DNA from: Dehalococcoidia bacterium
GTDB taxonomy: Bacteria > Chloroflexota > Dehalococcoidia > GIF9 > AB-539-J10
Direction of reading: 5' to 3'
Assembly: GCA_021157895.1 (NCBI GenBank)
Contig: JAGGVQ010000010.1
Location: 3,394 to 67,393 of the forward strand
Length of the DNA stretch: 64,000 nt
Shown here: positions 59,887-64,000 of the stretch, piece by piece
Numbering within the stretch: position 1 is the stretch's first letter
How the letters are laid out: every line of letters begins with the position of its first letter
The notes under the pieces: model-generated
Told to the model about the DNA's origin: nothing
What the model saw: the letters and a program-made list of their open reading frames with translations, nothing else
The model's database searches: none
Made by a program: the position numbers and the translations under genes

Positions 59887-60732
59887 TTACAGGAATGCCT
59901 CCTTGTGCCGAGCACTATGGCATTGCAGGTTAACCGCCACTGGCAAGCTGGCAATATGGGAAGGGAAGACCTCAACATGGACTGCTAAGGCAGTAATTCT
60001 ACCCCCATAACCCATTGGTCCAATCCCCAAATTGTTGACCCTATGAAGAATTTCCCCTTCCAGTGCAGCTATCTCAGTGTCCTGATTATGCACACCAACA
60101 CGCCGGAGCAACGCCTTTTTAGCCAGCATCATGGTATGCTCTGCCGTTCCACCAATGCCAACACCAATAATAACTGGAGGACAGGGATTAGCCTTGGCTT
60201 CATCAACAGAATTAACTACAAAATCAATAATCCCCGGACGTCCTTGAGACGGATTGAGCGCTTGAAAGCGGCTCATATTTTCGGCGCCACCCCCCTTGGG
60301 CATCACCACAATTCTAAACTCATTCCCAGAAACCACATCTACATGAACTACAGCAGGGGTATTATCGCCAGTATTTTGTCTCAAGGAAAAAGGGTGTTTA
60401 ACTATCGATTTGCGCAAGTAACCCTCACTATATCCCTGGCGAACCCCCTCGTTGATCGCATCATGCAGACTGCCACCAGTAACATAAGTTTCCTGTCCCA
60501 TTTCCACAAAAACCACTGTGGAACCACAATCCTGACACAGGGGAATCCTCTCTTTTCTAGCAATTTCCTCATTCTGCAAGATCTGCTGCAGAGCCCACCA
60601 CCCCAAGGCTGACTCTTCAACTTCTTGAGCATGCTTTAAGGCTAATATCACATCCTCCCCAAGGAAGAAGTTAGCCTCCTGACAAAGTTTGCTGACAACC
60701 CTGACAATTTCTCTAGCCTGAATCTCTCTCAT
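59887..60732 (-). CDS. class I (Fe-S) fumarate hydratase family, alpha subunit
   Basis: Contains PLCQDCGSTVVFVEMG, VMPKGGGAENMS and GVGIGGTAE. I chose the start at MREIQARE... to avoid overlapping the malic enzyme gene. Confidence 0.85.
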   Translation of the reverse strand: MREIQAREIVRVVSKLCQEANFFLGEDVILALKHAQEVEESALGWWALQQILQNEEIARKERIPLCQDCGSTVVFVEMGQETYVTGGSLHDAINEGVRQGYSEGYLRKSIVKHPFSLRQNTGDNTPAVVHVDVVSGNEFRIVVMPKGGGAENMSRFQALNPSQGRPGIIDFVVNSVDEAKANPCPPVIIGVGIGGTAEHTMMLAKKALLRRVGVHNQDTEIAALEGEILHRVNNLGIGPMGYGGRITALAVHVEVFPSHIASLPVAVNLQCHSARHKEAFL

Positions 60733-60760
60733 GGTATCTACTTTATTTTTTACGCAACTC

Positions 60761-62122
60761 CTACTCCGGCGCAGGGGCGATATAGCCACTACTTACCAGC
60801 ACATCATGCATGCCCCGGGAAGCAACTATTATGGACTTGCTTTTCTTATAGAGGTCATCGCGACTAATTTTTATTCTAGCGATACCCAGTTCTTGCGCTT
60901 TCATTCCCACAGCCACCGCCTCATGAATCAGAGCCTCTGATTCCTGCATCGTAGGGACAATGTGCTTCTCGCTCAAGCCATGCTCCTCAGCATATCGTGC
61001 TAACCCCTCTGCAGCAGCAACACACATCTCATCGGTAATAGCTCTTGCCCCCACATCAAAAACGCCCCGGAAGATGCCAGGAAAAGCCATAGAATTGTTT
61101 AACTGATTGGGAAAATCAGACCTGCCAGTGCCTACAATACGAACTCCAGCATCCAAAACTTCCCACGGCCAAATTTCAGGAACAGGATTAGCTGAAGTAA
61201 AGCATATAGCATCATTAGCCATTAACTTAATATCCTGAGCAGCAATGACTCCAGGACCAGGTCTGGAGCAAGAAATAAGAACATCAGCATCCTTCAGTGC
61301 TTCTGTCAAATGTCCTTTTATCCCACCCTCATTGGTAATCTGACAAAGGTGCCACTTATCAGGAAATTCCCTTTTCTGCTCTTCCAGGTCTTCTCGCCCC
61401 GGGTGCAGAATGCCCTTGCTGTCAACAACCACAATATGTCCCGGCTCAATTCCATAAGCAATAAGAAGGTTAGCAGTGCCAATGTTGGCTGCACCAGATC
61501 CATTCAAACAAATCCTTACCTTCTTGATACTTTTACCCACAATCTTCAAGGAATTGAGCAATCCGGCCAACATCACAATAGCAGTTCCCTGTTGGTCATC
61601 ATGCCATACTGGCACAGTTAACTCCTCTCGCAACCGACTTAATATATAGAAGCACTTGGGGCTGGCTATATCCTCCAGATTTATGCCGCCGAATGAGTGT
61701 TGCAACCACCCCACCGCCTGAATAATCTCAGTAGCATTTGTGGTATTCAGACATATAGGAACACCATCTACCCCTCCCAAATATTTGAAGAGCAAGGCTT
61801 TACCTTCCATCACAGGGTAACCAGCTTTCGGTCCGATATTCCCCAATCCAAGAACCCTGGTACAGTCAGAGACTATGGCTACGGTATTCCATATATTGGT
61901 CAACTCATAAACCCTGTCAGCATCTGCCTGTATTATCCTGCATGGACCAGCTACTCCAGGATTATAATAATTAGCGAAGTCATCAAAATCTCGAACTTGA
62001 GATTTAAGCATCGTTTGCATCTTCCCATGATAAAATGAGTGTAATTTCACAGCAACTTGCTCTGGCTTTCGCGCTTTATCTATAAGATCCTTCTCGGACA
62101 ATTCTTGTTGTGACATAGACAT
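60761..62122 (-). CDS. NAD(P)-dependent malic enzyme (short form)
   Basis: Contains VAIVSDCTRVLGLGNIG, FGGINLEDI and the Rossmann motif NGSGAANIG. Length is 453 aa. Confidence 0.9.
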   Translation of the reverse strand: MSMSQQELSEKDLIDKARKPEQVAVKLHSFYHGKMQTMLKSQVRDFDDFANYYNPGVAGPCRIIQADADRVYELTNIWNTVAIVSDCTRVLGLGNIGPKAGYPVMEGKALLFKYLGGVDGVPICLNTTNATEIIQAVGWLQHSFGGINLEDIASPKCFYILSRLREELTVPVWHDDQQGTAIVMLAGLLNSLKIVGKSIKKVRICLNGSGAANIGTANLLIAYGIEPGHIVVVDSKGILHPGREDLEEQKREFPDKWHLCQITNEGGIKGHLTEALKDADVLISCSRPGPGVIAAQDIKLMANDAICFTSANPVPEIWPWEVLDAGVRIVGTGRSDFPNQLNNSMAFPGIFRGVFDVGARAITDEMCVAAAEGLARYAEEHGLSEKHIVPTMQESEALIHEAVAVGMKAQELGIARIKISRDDLYKKSKSIIVASRGMHDVLVSSGYIAPAPE

Positions 62123-62275
62123 CTCCTTAATTCAGTACAATTACAATAGCAGTATATAATAACTCACAAACACACATTATTTAAGCCGTTGGCATATCTT
62201 CAAAACAAAGGACCCATTACTTAATGACACCTACTTCATCACCCACACTCTCATATGATAAGATAAACAGGAAAT

Positions 62276-62944
62276 TTGAAACCACGACTAATCACTATAG
62301 ATGGCCCGGTAGCAGCAGGAAAAAGCAGTGTTGGTAGCATCCTTGCACAGCGCTTAGGTTATTCTTTCTTCGACACCGGCATTATGTACCGGGCTTTCAC
62401 ATGGAAGGCATTGGAATCTCACATCACCCCTAAAGATGAGCCAAAATTATGTCACTTAGCCAAGACCATCAAATTCGATTTCGTCTCACACCGCGATGGA
62501 TATCTTTTCCCCCTCATCAACGGAGAAGATATCTCTGCCAAACTATTTGACCCTAAGGTGGAAAGACAGGTTTCCCTAATTTCCCAGTTAGCAGTAATAC
62601 GCCAGACAATGGTAACTGAACAACGCAAGCTGGCCAAACGTGGTGCTATAGTAATGGCAGGAAGAGACATCGGGACAGTGGTACTTCCAGAAGCTGAATT
62701 GAAAATTTTCCTGGTTGCCACCATCGAGAAAAGAGCACAACGCCGCTATAAGGAGCAATCTGCACAAAAAGGGAAGAGCGTAAATTACAACGATATTCTC
62801 GCCGATCTAGCAAAACGCGATTATACTGATATTCACCGAACCATATCTCCATTAAAACCTGCTGCTGATGCGATAACTGTGGATACCGATAAACTCAGCT
62901 TAGAGCAGGTCGTGGACAGGATATATGCTTTGGCGGTAGGCTAG
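62276..62944 (+). CDS. cmk: cytidylate kinase
   Basis: Contains ITIDGPVAAGKSSVG, MYRAFTW and GRDIGTVV. It has a TTG start. Confidence 0.9.
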   Translation: MKPRLITIDGPVAAGKSSVGSILAQRLGYSFFDTGIMYRAFTWKALESHITPKDEPKLCHLAKTIKFDFVSHRDGYLFPLINGEDISAKLFDPKVERQVSLISQLAVIRQTMVTEQRKLAKRGAIVMAGRDIGTVVLPEAELKIFLVATIEKRAQRRYKEQSAQKGKSVNYNDILADLAKRDYTDIHRTISPLKPAADAITVDTDKLSLEQVVDRIYALAVG

Positions 62945-63591
62945 TGACTCTATCTCAGAGAATTATATTAACCCTGGTCAAGATACTATTCAAATTTTTC
63001 ATATCCTGGACATGGAAGATCAAAGGGAGAGACAACATTCCTTCCTCGGGACCAGTTATTCTTATCTCAAACCATGTCAATTTTTTCGATCCGATCTTGC
63101 TTATGTTAAGCAGCACTCGCTGGATCCACTTCATGGCTAAAGAGGAACTTTTTCACAATCCCTTCTTGGGATTTATCCTGCGCTGGGCACAGGCCTATCC
63201 AATAAATCGCCGCGGCGGCATGAAGGAAAGAAAGGAAACCATCAAACATACCCAAAACAAGCTACAGGAAGATATCATTCTAGGCATATTCCCCGAAGGC
63301 GAGCGCAGCCACGAGGCTAAACTACTATCAGCCAAGCCAGGAGCCGCAGTAATTGCAGCACGAATGGGCGTCCAATTACTTCCTGTTGGCATCATTGGTA
63401 CAGAGAAAATTCATGGAAAAAGGTGGCCATGGCAACAACCCCATATCATTCTTAATATCGGACGCCCTTTTAATCTTCCCCCCACTGATGGCAAATTCAC
63501 CAGATCAAAAATACAATCACTAAATATCATCATGATGCGGGAAATTGCTAAGTTACTGCCACCTGATAGGCAAGGTGTATATGCAGATTGA
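62944..63591 (+). CDS. plsC: 1-acyl-sn-glycerol-3-phosphate acyltransferase
   Basis: Contains the HxxxxD motif (NHVNFFD), FPEGERS and PGAAVIAA. A GTG start overlaps the cmk stop (TAGTG). Confidence 0.85.
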   Translation: MTLSQRIILTLVKILFKFFISWTWKIKGRDNIPSSGPVILISNHVNFFDPILLMLSSTRWIHFMAKEELFHNPFLGFILRWAQAYPINRRGGMKERKETIKHTQNKLQEDIILGIFPEGERSHEAKLLSAKPGAAVIAARMGVQLLPVGIIGTEKIHGKRWPWQQPHIILNIGRPFNLPPTDGKFTRSKIQSLNIIMMREIAKLLPPDRQGVYAD

Positions 63592-64000
63592 GAAAGCTCC
63601 GGAGCTTGGCTTATGCTTCGGCGTAAGGCGAGCTATGAAATTGCTTAAGGAAGAAGTCCGAAAACACGGTGAAATAGAAACTCTAGGGCCGGTAGCACAT
63701 AATCACCAACTCATAGAAGATTTAGCTAAAACAGGAATAAAAATGGTGAACAACTTGGATGAAGTAAGATGCAAAACATTAGCCATTACCACCCACGGGG
63801 CAAGCCCCAATATATTATCATCCATAAAAGCACGGAAAATCCAGACTATTGACGTTACCTGCCCCATAGTTGCCAAAGCTCAAGCAGCAGCCAAAAATCT
63901 AGTTGAGGCAGGATTTAGTCTTGTTATATTTGGTGATGCAAGGCATTCTGAAGTCAAAGGACTATTGGGTTGGGCAAATAACAAAGGAACCGCTGCACTA
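63581..64000 (+). CDS. ispH: 4-hydroxy-3-methylbut-2-enyl diphosphate reductase, N-terminal part (runs off window)
   Basis: The ATG at 63581 is followed by a frame open to the window end. GLCFGVRRA, THGASP and VTCPIV match IspH/LytB. It is absent from the ORF track because no stop lies inside the window. Confidence 0.85.
   Translation, partial: MQIEKAPELGLCFGVRRAMKLLKEEVRKHGEIETLGPVAHNHQLIEDLAKTGIKMVNNLDEVRCKTLAITTHGASPNILSSIKARKIQTIDVTCPIVAKAQAAAKNLVEAGFSLVIFGDARHSEVKGLLGWANNKGTAAL

Noticed and set aside
1-64000. CRISPR arrays, insertion sequences, toxin-antitoxin pairs, restriction-modification systems or other recognisable defence systems.
   Set aside because: I saw no short-period direct repeats, no transposase, Cas or methylase motifs, and no small-gene pairs with TA-like features. 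The only repeat found is the nfeD internal duplication.

Overview
This 64-kb window is a densely packed bacterial chromosome segment with about 65 CDS, 2 tRNAs and 1 unlinked 5S rRNA. I saw no transposases, CRISPR arrays or prophage genes. GC looks low-to-mid 40s by eye. All protein calls come from motifs I recognise in the supplied translations, not from database searches.

**Gene content, in order:**
- argC 3' end, tRNA-Glu, and a pcm/xerC-like cluster
- uvrC, a DUF72 gene, and an orphan 5S rRNA followed by an archease-rtcB-SagB-like cassette
- One long minus-strand run: tsaC-rpiB-ilvD-ilvB-ilvN-ilvC-(74 aa)-leuA-mgtC-like-leuC-leuD-leuB-cimA
- guaA and purD-purE-purB-purC-purS-(unknown)
- pfkA plus a LacD-type class I aldolase, then otsB
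- hisZ-hisG-hisD-hisC-hisB
- nfeD, an nfeD-C duplicate and an SPFH gene, then pyrD and rimI
- SepRS-SepCysS
- An amidohydrolase plus a TRAP transporter, a polytopic membrane protein, a J-domain protein, xth and a HAD phosphatase
- A radical SAM gene plus a zinc-ribbon gene, uvrA and an H+-PPase
- An FmdB-thiE-translin operon, tRNA-Ser, a split class I fumarase and a malic enzyme
- cmk-plsC-ispH (ispH runs off the window)

The gene order and the many archaeal-type genes suggest a Dehalococcoidia-like Chloroflexota genome. That is inference only.

**Most notable observations:**
1. An overlapping SepRS/SepCysS pair, the tRNA-dependent cysteine pathway typical of methanogens, in a bacterial context.
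2. A 473-aa HisG that is a head-to-tail fusion of two short-form HisG modules next to hisZ. The N-terminal module has lost the PRPP-loop motif.
3. An NfeD/SPFH operon with a 322-bp-period tandem duplication that creates a second, stand-alone NfeD C-terminal gene.
4. An unlinked 5S rRNA gene with its own promoter, directly upstream of archease-RtcB-SagB-like.
5. Two translationally coupled pairs or triplets of unknown function: a COG0731-type radical SAM gene with a Cys-rich mini-protein, and FmdB with long-form ThiE and a translin-like gene.

Nothing here can be shown from sequence alone to be a wholly new system. The items above are the best candidates for follow-up.
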